From Hydrurus foetidus (taxonomy: Eukaryota), in assembly GCA_900617105.1 (NCBI GenBank), contig UYFQ01000023.1, positions 558,001-622,000 of the forward strand: DNA of 64,000 nucleotides. The letters are read 5' to 3'. Of this stretch, positions 1 to 10,538 are shown piece after piece. How positions within the stretch are numbered: the first letter of the stretch is position 1; every line of letters begins with the position of its first letter. A program made the translations under genes and the position numbers. Below the pieces are notes generated by a model. It searched no databases. It was not told the origin of the DNA and saw only the letters and a list, made by a program, of their open reading frames with translations.

Positions 1-51
1 CACCAAGCCCGCAAGCACATCCAGCACCAAAGAAAAAATTGAATACAGCAT
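1..51 (-). CDS. 5' end of probable YggT-family membrane protein (runs off window)
   Basis: ATG at 51 reads MLYSIFSLVLDVLAGLV, a hydrophobic N-terminus resembling YggT; divergent from the Lon-N gene. Confidence 0.5.
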   Translation of the reverse strand, partial: MLYSIFSLVLDVLAGLV

Positions 52-140
52 GAGAGGCCTAAAACAGAAAATGGGATGATAGTTGCAATCTTTCAGACCC
101 GTTATCCGACAGTGCGCAACACCCACTCAGCCCCTTCACC

Positions 141-731
141 ATGACACCCAGCACCACGACCCTGCCCCTGTTCCCGCTGCAAACCGTCTTGTTTCCAGGC
201 GGTCAGCTGTCGCTGCAAATTTTTGAAGTCCGCTACCTGCACATGGTGCGCGCCTGCCACCAGGCCGGTACACCATTTGGCGTGGTGTGCCTGACTTCAG
301 GCAGTGAAATACAAAAAGCGGGCAATGCCACAGAGCAGCTGCACACCGTGGGCACGCTGGCGCACATTGACCACTTGGATACCGTACAAGCCGGTTTGCT
401 GCGTATCCAGTGCAGTGGCACCCAGCGCTTTCGCGTCTCGCAAGCGCACCAGCAAGCCAATGGCCTGTGGGTTGCAGAAGTTGAGTTGCTGCCCAACGAC
501 CAGTCCACACCCTTGCCTGAAGACTTGCAGGCATGCGCCGAAAGCCTGGCTGAATTTATCGAGCCGCCCCAGGGCGACCTGGACTTGACCCTGGCCGATT
601 GCGGCTGGGTCGCCAACCGCTGGTGCGAACTGCTGCCCCTGGCCCCACACACCAAACAGCAGTTGATGGCGCTGGACAACCCACTGCTGCGCTTGGAGCT
701 GGTCAACGATATGCTGAGTGCGTCCAACTGA
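141..731 (+). CDS. LON peptidase substrate-binding (Lon-N) domain protein
   Basis: LPLFPLQTVLFPGGQLSLQIFEVRY N-terminus and WVANRWCELLPL; no ATPase or protease domain. Confidence 0.9.
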   Translation: MTPSTTTLPLFPLQTVLFPGGQLSLQIFEVRYLHMVRACHQAGTPFGVVCLTSGSEIQKAGNATEQLHTVGTLAHIDHLDTVQAGLLRIQCSGTQRFRVSQAHQQANGLWVAEVELLPNDQSTPLPEDLQACAESLAEFIEPPQGDLDLTLADCGWVANRWCELLPLAPHTKQQLMALDNPLLRLELVNDMLSASN

Positions 732-857
732 GCACCGCATTCGCCCACCGCTGCATGCGATGGTGAGCAGCCATTTCCTGATCCGATAATCGACTACAGC
801 GCTCGTGCTTGGCACAAACGCCCGTTTATCGAACGTGTATTGACGCAGGGAACCTAG

Positions 858-2447
858 ATGAAAAAAATGCCCAAAGGCCGAACGCTGACCGAGTTTCAGC
901 CCCTGAAGCCAGGCGAAACGGCGCTGCTGAATGCTTGCGCCAACGGTGAAGTTGCAGATTTAGGACGTACCCGCCCCACCGAAAAGTCCGAGAACAACAC
1001 GGTCAGGGCCAGCTTCATCCGCTTTTTAGCGTTAGGCGGTGACGCACAGGCACCTGTACATGAACACGGCGTTCAACTTCAAGGGGCATGGGTTGAAGAG
1101 CCACTGAACTTAACGGGCACAGTCACACCAAGCAATTTGTCGCTGTGCGATTCCCACTTTGAATTCACGCCTGTGCTTGATGGTGCAGAAATAGTGGGAA
1201 CACTCGATCTTTCCGGCAGTTTTTTGCCTTGTCTTCATGCAGACCGCGCAGTGATCAAAGGCAGCGTTTTCCTGAAAAACGGGTTCAACTCTATCGGTGA
1301 AGTCCGACTGCTAGGGGTGCAGATTGGCAGCAGTTTGGATTGTCAAGGTGCCAAGCTGGATGGCAAAGATGGCAAATCTCTGTCTGCGGATCGTGCAATC
1401 ATCAAAGGCAACGTTTTCCTGTCAATCGGTTTCAGCGCTATCGGTGAAGTCCGGCTGCTGGGGGCTCGGATTGGCGGCAATTTGGATTGTCATGATGCCA
1501 ATCTGGATGGCAAAGATGGCGACTCCCTGTCTGCGGATGGCATGACCGTGGGCGGTGCATTTCGCTTTTGTGACTTGATGGAACCTGCAATGGGCGTCAG
1601 TCTTGCCTCCGCAAAAGTGGGCCGACTGATTGACGATGCGGCCTCTTGGGGTGGAGAACTGACATTGGACGGGTTTGTCTATGCGCATCTGGCAGGTGGT
1701 GCGCCCACCGATGCGGTGACACGCCTGATCTGGCTTAACAAGCAGTCCGCACAGTTCACAAGCACAGAAGGATTTCGACCACAACCGTGGAAGCAACTGC
1801 AAACCGTATTGCGCAGCATGGGGCACGCAGAAGACGCTCGGCAGGTAGCTATTGCGTTTGAAGACCATTTGCGCTCAGCGAAACTCATTGGACAGACGCC
1901 AACAGAATGGGGTGCATGGCGACGCAAGGCCTACGGTGGTGTCGCAAGAGGGGCACATTTTTTATTCAAAAAACTGATGGGCTACGGATACCGCCCGCTT
2001 CGCTTGGGGTTATGGATGCTGGGCGTTTGGCTGCTCTGTGCCTCAATGTACTGGTGTGCAGCGCTGCAAGGCGTGATGGCGCCCAGCAACCCGCTGGTGT
2101 TTCAGCACATGCCGCAATACGAATCTTGCAACCCAAATCCAACAGACAAAGGCATCAAGCCAGGCAATTGGTATTTATGCGACGCGCTGCCCGAGGAATA
2201 CACGGGCTTCAGCCCTTTGGCCTATTCACTGGATGTGTTGCTGCCGCTGGTGAATCTGCAACAAGAGCAAGACTGGGCACCGCTTATTCCCACACCTAAA
2301 GGCACGTGGTACGAAGAATTTTTTACCAACTGGTCATTCAAGCATGTCGTTCGCTTGACGGTTTGGTTTGAGATTCTGTTTGGATGGGTTGCCAGTTTGT
2401 TACTGGTGGCCGTCGTTTCTGGCCTGACCAAGCGGAGTGAAGAATAA
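858..2447 (+). CDS. Repeat-containing (beta-solenoid-like) protein with C-terminal membrane segment
   Basis: 529 aa; 49-aa internal repeat (GEVRLLG.I...LDC..A.LDGKDG); GYGYRP, TM helix, YSLDVLLPLVNL, TM helix. Confidence 0.75.
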   Translation: MKKMPKGRTLTEFQPLKPGETALLNACANGEVADLGRTRPTEKSENNTVRASFIRFLALGGDAQAPVHEHGVQLQGAWVEEPLNLTGTVTPSNLSLCDSHFEFTPVLDGAEIVGTLDLSGSFLPCLHADRAVIKGSVFLKNGFNSIGEVRLLGVQIGSSLDCQGAKLDGKDGKSLSADRAIIKGNVFLSIGFSAIGEVRLLGARIGGNLDCHDANLDGKDGDSLSADGMTVGGAFRFCDLMEPAMGVSLASAKVGRLIDDAASWGGELTLDGFVYAHLAGGAPTDAVTRLIWLNKQSAQFTSTEGFRPQPWKQLQTVLRSMGHAEDARQVAIAFEDHLRSAKLIGQTPTEWGAWRRKAYGGVARGAHFLFKKLMGYGYRPLRLGLWMLGVWLLCASMYWCAALQGVMAPSNPLVFQHMPQYESCNPNPTDKGIKPGNWYLCDALPEEYTGFSPLAYSLDVLLPLVNLQQEQDWAPLIPTPKGTWYEEFFTNWSFKHVVRLTVWFEILFGWVASLLLVAVVSGLTKRSEE

Positions 2448-2501
2448 AAAAGCCACGCAGACCTTACAACATATGCAGTGGAAGCTACTGAATAGATAGC
2501 A
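2447..2501 (-). repeat. GCTAT-N7-ATAGC dispersed element, intergenic copy
   Basis: Core gctactgaatagatagc at 2484-2500 plus a tail alignable to four other copies. Confidence 0.7.
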
Positions 2502-2639
2502 AAGGGTACACATTCACCCGAGCGTCACTGCCCGGCAGCTTGGTATTCCGGCACATAGGTTCGCAATCAGGGGTGCAGCAGCCGAGCGACTGACTTTGCC
2601 GCCTTGCCACAAGAGGCACCGTCAAACCGCGAACCCTTG

Positions 2640-3575
2640 TTACGGGCCGATGTAGGGTTTCAGCACCGTGCAGCCCGCTGTCACGCAGTTGGGTGGTTTT
2701 TGGGCGTTGGTCACGGGGTTCCCTGGGTCAACGGGCGTGCCGTTGTTGCCAGGGCCACGGGCATTCCATTCGACGTTGGTTTCGTCTTCGATGGGGTCAC
2801 TTTGCATCTCTAAGGTGACGTAGCTGAGAACGGGCACCAGCCCCGCCCGAATCAGCTGGGTGTGAAACACATCCGAACCGGAAACTTGGTTTTGATCGAC
2901 ATCCAGACCGGGGTCTAACCACAACAAATATGCCTTGTAAACCGCCCGCATCATCCACACTTTAGGCTTATAGCCGTGCAGCACACGGATTTTGATGAGG
3001 TTGGCATCTTGCAAGGTTTGACCTGAGCCATAGGGGCCAGAATTCAGCACCGTGTTCACCGCTGGGTAGGCAAAGTTTTGGCCCGCATTGGGGATGGTGC
3101 GGTTGCCGCCGTTTTTGGCCGTCAACTCAGGGTTAGAGAAATCGTCATAGCTTTGCCGGGTGGGGTTCAGCAGCTCGATACGCACACTGGCCCGTCCTGC
3201 GGTAATGGCATTGCGGTATTTGGTCTCAATGTCAGCCAGCGTATCGCCTGGGTTAAAGCTTTCTTGGTAGGCAATATCTTGCATCGCACGGATGTACGCC
3301 TCTTTGATTTCCTGGGTGGTACGGCCACCACCGTACAAAGGGATCAACGCCTTGGCGTAAGCGGTCTGCATGGCCGCCCTGTCGGCATGGGCTACGCTGC
3401 CCGCACGCGCGGTCATGAAGGTGGCATGGTTCATCAGGTTTTTGGCATAAAACAACAGCGCATACTGAAGAATTGCCAAGCCGAGAAAGGTCATGATGGG
3501 GCCAATCAGCGCAAACTCGACAGCGGCAACGCCTCGCTGCAAGCGCAACTTAGGTAACTTGGGCAGCTTAAGCAT
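2640..3575 (-). CDS. TadE-family pseudopilin
   Basis: QRGVAAVEFALIGP prepilin motif followed by hydrophobic helix. Confidence 0.85.
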   Translation of the reverse strand: MLKLPKLPKLRLQRGVAAVEFALIGPIMTFLGLAILQYALLFYAKNLMNHATFMTARAGSVAHADRAAMQTAYAKALIPLYGGGRTTQEIKEAYIRAMQDIAYQESFNPGDTLADIETKYRNAITAGRASVRIELLNPTRQSYDDFSNPELTAKNGGNRTIPNAGQNFAYPAVNTVLNSGPYGSGQTLQDANLIKIRVLHGYKPKVWMMRAVYKAYLLWLDPGLDVDQNQVSGSDVFHTQLIRAGLVPVLSYVTLEMQSDPIEDETNVEWNARGPGNNGTPVDPGNPVTNAQKPPNCVTAGCTVLKPYIGP

Positions 3576-3903
3576 GAGCTACCCCCACCAGCACCGGGGC
3601 CAAGTTGTCACCTACCTGCAAGCCATAGCGGCGAATGCCCCCCACGGACATCTCCAGCGTATGCGCAGCCCCTTGGCCCCCCACACTCATGCGCCAAGGC
3701 TTGAGCCCTGCCACCAATTTGACGACGCTACCCTGCCGGTTCAGGTACACCACATCCAAGGGGTAGCGCATGAAGCAGGTATGGACGCTGGGGCAATCGC
3801 GCAACAGCAAAGCATCCCCATCGGGCAAAGAAGCCGTGAACATCAGCCCCCGCAAGCGCTGCCAAAAATTACCTGCTGTGGTGATACGTGGTGAAACTGT
3901 CAT
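3568..3903 (-). CDS. DUF192 family protein
   Basis: RLRGLMF, SVHTCFMRYPLDVVYL, TLEM; ATG at 3903 overlaps the tadC stop. Confidence 0.85.
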   Translation of the reverse strand: MTVSPRITTAGNFWQRLRGLMFTASLPDGDALLLRDCPSVHTCFMRYPLDVVYLNRQGSVVKLVAGLKPWRMSVGGQGAAHTLEMSVGGIRRYGLQVGDNLAPVLVGVAHA

Positions 3904-4814
3904 CAAAAACCCGAATGCATAAACTTCATCACGATGGGGAAAAACAGCACGATGAAAGTACAAGGGAAAATAAAACCGATCAGCGGCAGCAGCATTTTGA
4001 CGGGCGCTTGCATGGCGAGTTTTTCAGCCCGCAAAAACCGCTCAGCCCGCCGCTGGTCCGCCTGGGCACGCAAGATAGGGCCCAAATTCATACCCATGAT
4101 TTCGGCTTGAATCACCGCTGTCACGAAGGTGGAAATAGCCGCTTCACCGACCCGCTCGCCCATGTCACGCAACGAGGCGGCACGCCCTTTGCCCGCTCGC
4201 ATATCCCGTAAGGCCCGCTGAAACTCATCGCGCAAAGGGCCATCGGGGCCTTTGGCCACAGCTTGGGTGATACCGGCTTGCAAATTCAAACCAGCTTCCA
4301 CGCACAAGGTAATCAAATCCAGAAAAAAAGGCAGACTTTTCAGCAACTCACGTTTGCGCACCTCTACCTGGTCTTTCAGCCAAAGCGCAGGTAAAAACCA
4401 CCCACCCACAGCCCCCAACACGGCAACTTGCATCGCCAAAGTCCCCGATGCGGGACTGAGCGACGCACACAACCACCACGCCAGCAAGGCCAGAATCCCA
4501 GCAAAAACCACACGTGCAGATACAAACTGCTCGCCGTTCAGGCAGTAGTCCAAACCCGCTTGGCGCAGGCGCACCACCCATGCCGCTTTGGATTTGGTGG
4601 ACATCCATGAACCGATAAAAAAGCTGATGGATTGAATCGGCCACCAAATCATGCGAAAAAGAAACGGCACCGGGTCTTTGTACTCACGGTCTTCCAGGGG
4701 CACCGCCGTCAACACGCGGGTGACCATCCAGGCGATCAACGCCACGGTCAGGCCGACAATCACGGTCAGCGCGATGCTGATGGCGGCGGGGTAGTTGCGG
4801 AAAAGCTCATTCAT
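3903..4814 (-). CDS. tadC: Tad pilus platform protein TadC
   Basis: LPFFLDLITLCVEAGLNL, AEKLAMQAPVKMLLPL (T2SSF domain). Confidence 0.9.
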   Translation of the reverse strand: MNELFRNYPAAISIALTVIVGLTVALIAWMVTRVLTAVPLEDREYKDPVPFLFRMIWWPIQSISFFIGSWMSTKSKAAWVVRLRQAGLDYCLNGEQFVSARVVFAGILALLAWWLCASLSPASGTLAMQVAVLGAVGGWFLPALWLKDQVEVRKRELLKSLPFFLDLITLCVEAGLNLQAGITQAVAKGPDGPLRDEFQRALRDMRAGKGRAASLRDMGERVGEAAISTFVTAVIQAEIMGMNLGPILRAQADQRRAERFLRAEKLAMQAPVKMLLPLIGFIFPCTFIVLFFPIVMKFMHSGF

Positions 4815-4816
4815 AG

Positions 4817-5677
4817 CTACACATCAATCGTGGTGATTTTGCGAATCAGGTACACACCCATGATTTCTAAAAAAGCCAGCACCCCCAGCGTCGCCCAACC
4901 TATCGGAGTGCTCCACAGCATGCCCATCGATTCAGGGTCCATCATGTTGAGCACCAGCAGCAGCAGGATCGGCAACGCGCCCACCACCAACGCCTGCATC
5001 TTGCCCTGCGCGGTCAGCGCGTCAATTTTTCCTTCCAGCTGCAAGCGGCTGCGTATGGTTTGCGCCGTGCGCTCCAGGGTTTCGGCGAGTCCGCCACCGG
5101 TGTCGCTGGCAATGCGCATGGCAGAGACCACCAGCGTGGTGGTTTGTGTGGGCATACGGCGGGCCAAGTTGTTCAAGCTTTGTTCCACCGACACCCCCAA
5201 ACGCTGCTCACGCAGCATCAGCGAAAACTCCTGCGCCAAGGGCTGTGGTGCTTCAGCGACCAACTGCGTCAAGGCGGACCCCAAGCTGGCTCCGGCCCGC
5301 ATACCGCCTGCGATCACCATCAGGGCATCGGGCAACTGCTCGTCAAACTTGCGCAGACGGCGTTTGCGCAGCGAGGCATACAGCAGGCGTGGCATAAAAG
5401 CCAGACCAAAAAAAACAGGCACCGCCGCAATCAAACTGCCCGTCGCCGCCCAGGCCATCACCGCACCGGCAGACATGACGGCTAAATTGGCGGTGAACAG
5501 CACTTTGGGGTCAATGAACAAGAAAAACTCTTGCGCCTGGAACTTGGCCCGTTCGGTGAATTTCGCCCGGTATTTGTTCAGCGTCACCGAGCCCACGTCC
5601 ATCACAAACCACGCTAAAAGTGCAGCAGATACCGCCACAGCTACCGTGATGCCTGTGAAGAACAAGGTTTGGTTCAT
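4817..5677 (-). CDS. tadB: Tad pilus platform protein TadB
   Basis: FDEQLPDALMVIAGGMRAG, TGGGLAETLE, ALTAQGKMQ. Confidence 0.9.
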   Translation of the reverse strand: MNQTLFFTGITVAVAVSAALLAWFVMDVGSVTLNKYRAKFTERAKFQAQEFFLFIDPKVLFTANLAVMSAGAVMAWAATGSLIAAVPVFFGLAFMPRLLYASLRKRRLRKFDEQLPDALMVIAGGMRAGASLGSALTQLVAEAPQPLAQEFSLMLREQRLGVSVEQSLNNLARRMPTQTTTLVVSAMRIASDTGGGLAETLERTAQTIRSRLQLEGKIDALTAQGKMQALVVGALPILLLLVLNMMDPESMGMLWSTPIGWATLGVLAFLEIMGVYLIRKITTIDV

Positions 5678-7704
5678 GACGGGCCGTGCTCAGAATCAGC
5701 GCTTTGCTCGCTGGATTTGAAAATCTCGATGTCCAGATCGGTGCCGGTCGCCCGAAGCTCTTCGTAAAACGTGGGGACGGTGTTGCACGCCGTGAAATAG
5801 CCTTGCACCTTGCCAGGGCGGCCATCTTCCACAGCATAGCCCACGCTGACAAACTTGAACAGCTCTTGAGTGGCAATGCGTCCGGATTCAATGCCCGTCA
5901 ACTCGGTAATGCTGGTCACTTTGCGCGAGCCACAGGCAAAACGGGTTTGCTGCACCATGATGTTCACAGCGGATGCAATCTGCTCGCGAATGGCCACCAG
6001 CGGCAAATCCAAGCCCGCCATCAGCACCATGGTCTCCAGCCGCGACAAGCCATCGCGCGGGGTATTGGCGTGCAAGGTGGTGAGCGAGCCTTCATGGCCT
6101 GTGTTCATCGCTTGCAACATGTCCATTGCCTCTGCACCACGGCACTCGCCAATCACGATGCGGTCAGGGCGCATGCGCAAGCTGTTTTTGACCAAATCAC
6201 GGATCTCTACGCCACCTTTGCCTTCAGCGTTCGCGGGGCGAGACTCCAAGCTGACCAAATGCTCGTGCCCCAGTTTCAATTCAGCGGAATCTTCCACGGT
6301 GATGATGCGTTCGCCCAGTGGAATGAAGTTGGACAAAATGTTCAGCAGCGTGGTTTTGCCGGAACCCGTCCCCCCCGACACGATGGTGTTTTTGCGTGCC
6401 ACCATGCAAACTTCTAAAAATTCGGCCATCTCAGGGCTGATGGCGTCAAAGTCCACCAAATCTTGTGCGGTGAGCTTGCGTTTGGGGAATTTACGGATCG
6501 TGAGACACGGCCCCTTCAAGGCCAGTGGCGGGATGATGACGTTGACGCGCGAGCCGTCTTTAAGCCGCGCATCCACCATCGGAGAGGCTTCGTCGATGCG
6601 CCGCCCCAGCGGGGCCACAATGCGCTCGATCACCCCCATCACCGCCAAATCGCCCGTGAAGCTCAAGGGGTAGCGCTGCAAGCGGCCATTGCGCTCGACG
6701 TAAATTTCGTCAAACCGGTTGACCATGATTTCACTCACGCTGTCGTCGGCCAGCAGCTCTTCCAGCGGGCCTAAACCAATGGCTTCGTTCAGCACATGCT
6801 TGCACAGCAAATCGCGGTCAATGTCACGGGGGATTTCAGCGTCCTTATTCTGCAAAATTTGCCGAATCAAGGCGCTGGTTTGCTCGCGCAACTCGACATC
6901 AGACATGCTGTTCACGTCCTGACGACGTAAATCCATCGTCTCCAGCAGAGCGGTATGGATGCGTTGACGCCACTCAAAGGCCGCAGGTTGATGGCGCTCA
7001 GCAGCCGCTTGCGCAACGGGGGCGACGTGCGGCGCAGCCGCAGGTTTGGGTGCGGGGGCAAGCGCTTTTGCCACGACAGCCACATTGGCGGCTCTGGGTG
7101 GTGGGACAGGGGCAAAAACTGGCGCGGCCACAGGCTCAGGTGCAGGCGGTGCAACGGCGGCGGCTGGCACGGCTGAGCGAAAAAAGGAAAACGAAGGCTC
7201 TGGTGCCATGGGTTCATCGGCCTGCACAGCCGCAGAGGACATGAACGCTGGCTCAACGGGTGCAAACACCGGCTCTTGCGGCGCTGGCACCGGTGCAGGT
7301 ACGACTTTCAGCCCAGCCCGCTTGGTCATGGGTTCTGACGCATTTTTGGCGCTGCGTGGTGTCCGAGAAGGGGATGGCCGCTCAGGCCCGACTTTGCCAT
7401 CTGCACCAACCTCGACCACCCGCAGTGTGTACGGGCCAATCCCGACCACATCGGTAGATCTGAGAGGGCCATACTGTGCATTAACACGCTGACCATTGAC
7501 GGTAACACCGCCAAAAGCACCCATATCATCCAACAACACGCCAGAAGGCGATTTGAAAAGCCGTGCGTGCTCTTTGGCCACACGCCAACTGTTCAAGCGT
7601 ACTTCACAGCGCGGGCCTTTGCCTATGACGCACTCGTTAGGCGCTTGCAGGTGCTGGGTATCCCCGTTGGGGTCTTGAATTTCAATTTGAAGCATGGAAC
7701 GCAA
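5674..7704 (-). CDS. cpaF: Tad pilus ATPase CpaF/TadA with N-terminal FHA domain
   Basis: Walker A GGTGSGKTT, LRMRPDRIVIGECRG, MNTGHEGS; FHA-like N-terminus and Pro/Ala linker; start may be 7695. Confidence 0.92.
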   Translation of the reverse strand: MRSMLQIEIQDPNGDTQHLQAPNECVIGKGPRCEVRLNSWRVAKEHARLFKSPSGVLLDDMGAFGGVTVNGQRVNAQYGPLRSTDVVGIGPYTLRVVEVGADGKVGPERPSPSRTPRSAKNASEPMTKRAGLKVVPAPVPAPQEPVFAPVEPAFMSSAAVQADEPMAPEPSFSFFRSAVPAAAVAPPAPEPVAAPVFAPVPPPRAANVAVVAKALAPAPKPAAAPHVAPVAQAAAERHQPAAFEWRQRIHTALLETMDLRRQDVNSMSDVELREQTSALIRQILQNKDAEIPRDIDRDLLCKHVLNEAIGLGPLEELLADDSVSEIMVNRFDEIYVERNGRLQRYPLSFTGDLAVMGVIERIVAPLGRRIDEASPMVDARLKDGSRVNVIIPPLALKGPCLTIRKFPKRKLTAQDLVDFDAISPEMAEFLEVCMVARKNTIVSGGTGSGKTTLLNILSNFIPLGERIITVEDSAELKLGHEHLVSLESRPANAEGKGGVEIRDLVKNSLRMRPDRIVIGECRGAEAMDMLQAMNTGHEGSLTTLHANTPRDGLSRLETMVLMAGLDLPLVAIREQIASAVNIMVQQTRFACGSRKVTSITELTGIESGRIATQELFKFVSVGYAVEDGRPGKVQGYFTACNTVPTFYEELRATGTDLDIEIFKSSEQSADSEHGPS

Positions 7705-9345
7705 TCACTTGATCACCTCAGGGTGCTGAGGCACAGCCACATCGGGCTTACCAGGATCGCGCCCTGGCTGCAGCGGGGCGCTGAGGTAGGGGCTACGGCC
7801 CAGGGTTTTCTCCAACTGCATGGAGGCACGCTCAACCCTGTCCACCAAGCCGGGGGATTGGCTGGTCACGATGGTGGGGGTGACGAACACCACCAGCTCG
7901 GTTTCATCGTTCTGAAAACGCTTGGAACGGAACAACGCGCCCAGCACCGGCAAATCGCCCAACAGAGGAAGCTTGTCAATGCTGGTCGATGTTCTGCGAG
8001 AAATCATGCCCGCCAACACCAAAGTCTCGCCATTGCGCACATTGAACTCTGTGCTGGTCTTGCGCGTGGACAGCGCGGGATAGCCGCCCGCCACGCTGAC
8101 TGAGAAATCAATCGAGCTGACTTCGCTTTCAATTGTGGCCCGAATCACCCCATTGCGATCGACGCGCGGCACGATGTCGAGCTTCACGCCATAGGGTTTG
8201 AACTGCACCGTTGTGCCCGTCAGATTGGACACCGCATACGGGAACTCACCACCGGCCAAGAAAGAAGCCTTGGAGCCATTGCGTGCAGAAAGCTGAGGTT
8301 CGGCCAGGATGCTGGCCTTGCCGCTTTGCGACAGCAACTGCAACTGCGCATTAAGCCCCATGTTCAGCGCTGACAAAACGTTCAGACCAATAGGCAACGG
8401 AGTGGCACCAGCACCCGATGCAGAGGTGACATTTGGCGATCCAGGCATGGCAATTTGCAGTCCACCTTGGTAGCCATACCCGTAAGGTGACCAAATACTC
8501 CCCACTGAGACACCACCATTGGCGCTCCATTTGAAGCCCATTTCGCGCAGCTCATTGACAGGGAACTCCACCACCTTCACGTCCATCAGCACCATCTGCT
8601 CCCAACCCACGCGGTTGGTAAAGTTCACAATTTGGGGGTAGCGCTTGGCGAGTTCGTCGATTTTGAGGATATCGAGGTCACTCAGGTTATCCCCCTCCAC
8701 AATCACTTTGTCGCCAATGATGGCCGTTTTAGCGTTGGGCACATTCGCCAAAAAAGCCGAGATTTCACGGGCAAAGCGCCCGGTGTCGCCACGCACCACG
8801 CTGATTTTGAGGCGCTGGTAGCGCCCGTCTTCGTTCCAGACGAACAGGCTGGACATGCCCTCCGCGTTGGCAAACATGATGACTTCTTTGTTGTCCAGCG
8901 CAGCAGCCGTCAACACACGGCCATTGCCCACCGCAATGCGGCTCACACCAGGGACGGGAAAGACGCGAGATTCACCCACAAACATTTCGATTTCTGCTTG
9001 GATTTCTGTGTCGCTTGGCACCGAGATGGGCTGGTACAGCGGCTTAGCAGCCGTCATGCCGGGGTTGCTATTTTTAGGGTTGCTGTTGCCATTGCCGCCC
9101 CCGCTGCTGCGCTTGGGTTTGGCGTGCAGCATCTCGGCATAACCGTTGATGGCCCCCGATGGGGTTTTACCGTTTTTCTGGGCATCCTCTTCCACCGAGA
9201 ACGTCAATTGCGCAAAGGTCGTGGCACTGGTGCAAGCCAGGGTCAGCGCCAAGCCCAACGCCAAGCCCTTGGGCATGCACGGAAAAGTGCGCTGAGAAAA
9301 TCGCTGAAGGTCGCGCGAGCGTGGTGACATGGGTAGTTCCGTCAT
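7705..9345 (-). CDS. cpaC: Tad secretin CpaC/RcpA
   Basis: RIAVGNG pilus-N domain; LAEPQLSARNGSKASFLAGGEFP; KLPLLGDLPVLGALFRS; ETELVVFVTP. Confidence 0.9.
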   Translation of the reverse strand: MTELPMSPRSRDLQRFSQRTFPCMPKGLALGLALTLACTSATTFAQLTFSVEEDAQKNGKTPSGAINGYAEMLHAKPKRSSGGGNGNSNPKNSNPGMTAAKPLYQPISVPSDTEIQAEIEMFVGESRVFPVPGVSRIAVGNGRVLTAAALDNKEVIMFANAEGMSSLFVWNEDGRYQRLKISVVRGDTGRFAREISAFLANVPNAKTAIIGDKVIVEGDNLSDLDILKIDELAKRYPQIVNFTNRVGWEQMVLMDVKVVEFPVNELREMGFKWSANGGVSVGSIWSPYGYGYQGGLQIAMPGSPNVTSASGAGATPLPIGLNVLSALNMGLNAQLQLLSQSGKASILAEPQLSARNGSKASFLAGGEFPYAVSNLTGTTVQFKPYGVKLDIVPRVDRNGVIRATIESEVSSIDFSVSVAGGYPALSTRKTSTEFNVRNGETLVLAGMISRRTSTSIDKLPLLGDLPVLGALFRSKRFQNDETELVVFVTPTIVTSQSPGLVDRVERASMQLEKTLGRSPYLSAPLQPGRDPGKPDVAVPQHPEVIK

Positions 9346-9369
9346 TCCGTACTGTTCCGTACTGAAGTC

Positions 9370-10335
9370 TTAACGCTGACGTGCGGCGGGTGCCGTCAAC
9401 GCATCGAAAAGGGTCGCCGCCGGGGCGGAGGGGGTTGCCGAGGCGGGTACTTCCGTCGGCACGGGAGTGGCCTCACTGGCAGCCCCAGGCTTGCGCAGTT
9501 GCAGGGCATCGGCGGGAAAGTTGCTGGCCGCGCCGCCGTAAAGCACGGGCACCGTGCGCACGGTCTTCACACCGATCACTTTAGGAACAATTTCCTCACC
9601 CCTGCCGCCCACCAGCGACAAAATTTCGCTGGGGCCAGCCCGCATCGCCTCTTTGTCTTCTGGGTTGCGCAGCAAAGCGGTGAATTTACCGGCTTCGCGG
9701 GCCACCACGAGGGTCTGTGCTTCTTCGGGCGTAGCGTCCAGCGTCACGGTGCTGTACTGGCGTTTTTCACCGCTTTTAGGGTCGTCTATCACCCGTTGGC
9801 CGGTGGCCATCACGCGGATGTTTTGCACCAAGGGAAAGGTGATTTTTTTACCTTTCTGGTCCACCGTGACCAGCAAATCCACCCGGTCGCCGGGTTCAAG
9901 CAGGCCCGAAATAGAGTTGATTTCGTCCACCGGCAAGGTCATGGCACGCCGCCCAGCTTCCACTTTTTCGGAAAAACTGACTGCTTTTTTACTCTCTAGC
10001 ATGCTCCACAAAATCATCTCACCAGGCTTAACTGCCGAGTTGAGTTTCAACCCATCAAAACGGTCTATCTCTGAGGGCGCGAGCGCTGTGGAATGGGCAA
10101 AATCAGCCGGCACATCGCGCACCGCAACCACGTCGCCTGTCACCACATCACCCTTTTTAAGCGCCTTATTGGCCACCACCACTTTGACATCAGCATTGGA
10201 CTTTTTGACCTCAATCGCTGCCATCTGACTGGCAATGAACGAGCGTGTTGCCAAGGCGGCAAGCAAACCAATGCCCAGTGCGACCGCGAGTACCAGCCAT
10301 GTTTTATTGAATTTGATCTTGAAAGGAAGGTTCAT
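9370..10335 (-). CDS. cpaB: Flp pilus assembly protein CpaB/RcpC
   Basis: N-terminal TM, SAF domain VVVAN, GLLEPGDRVDLL, LLRNPED. Confidence 0.9.
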   Translation of the reverse strand: MNLPFKIKFNKTWLVLAVALGIGLLAALATRSFIASQMAAIEVKKSNADVKVVVANKALKKGDVVTGDVVAVRDVPADFAHSTALAPSEIDRFDGLKLNSAVKPGEMILWSMLESKKAVSFSEKVEAGRRAMTLPVDEINSISGLLEPGDRVDLLVTVDQKGKKITFPLVQNIRVMATGQRVIDDPKSGEKRQYSTVTLDATPEEAQTLVVAREAGKFTALLRNPEDKEAMRAGPSEILSLVGGRGEEIVPKVIGVKTVRTVPVLYGGAASNFPADALQLRKPGAASEATPVPTEVPASATPSAPAATLFDALTAPAARQR

Positions 10336-10538
10336 GGCAATGAAATCGAAAAACTGATTTTTTCATACGCCTGACTCAAACCCGAGAGAAGGGTTTTCAG
10401 CGCACTGTCATCGTTCACCATGCCCACGCCCAGGGCGAAGGCCAGCACAGTGCAAACGATCACGTACTCTACGGCAGATTGCCCTTGCTGACGGTGTAAA
10501 TGATGCCGTGGATGTGGGTGGTGTAAAAAAGGTTTCAT
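10332..10538 (-). CDS. Small Flp-like minor pilin
   Basis: QQGQSAVEYVIV Flp motif. Confidence 0.8.
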   Translation of the reverse strand: MKPFLHHPHPRHHLHRQQGQSAVEYVIVCTVLAFALGVGMVNDDSALKTLLSGLSQAYEKISFSISLP

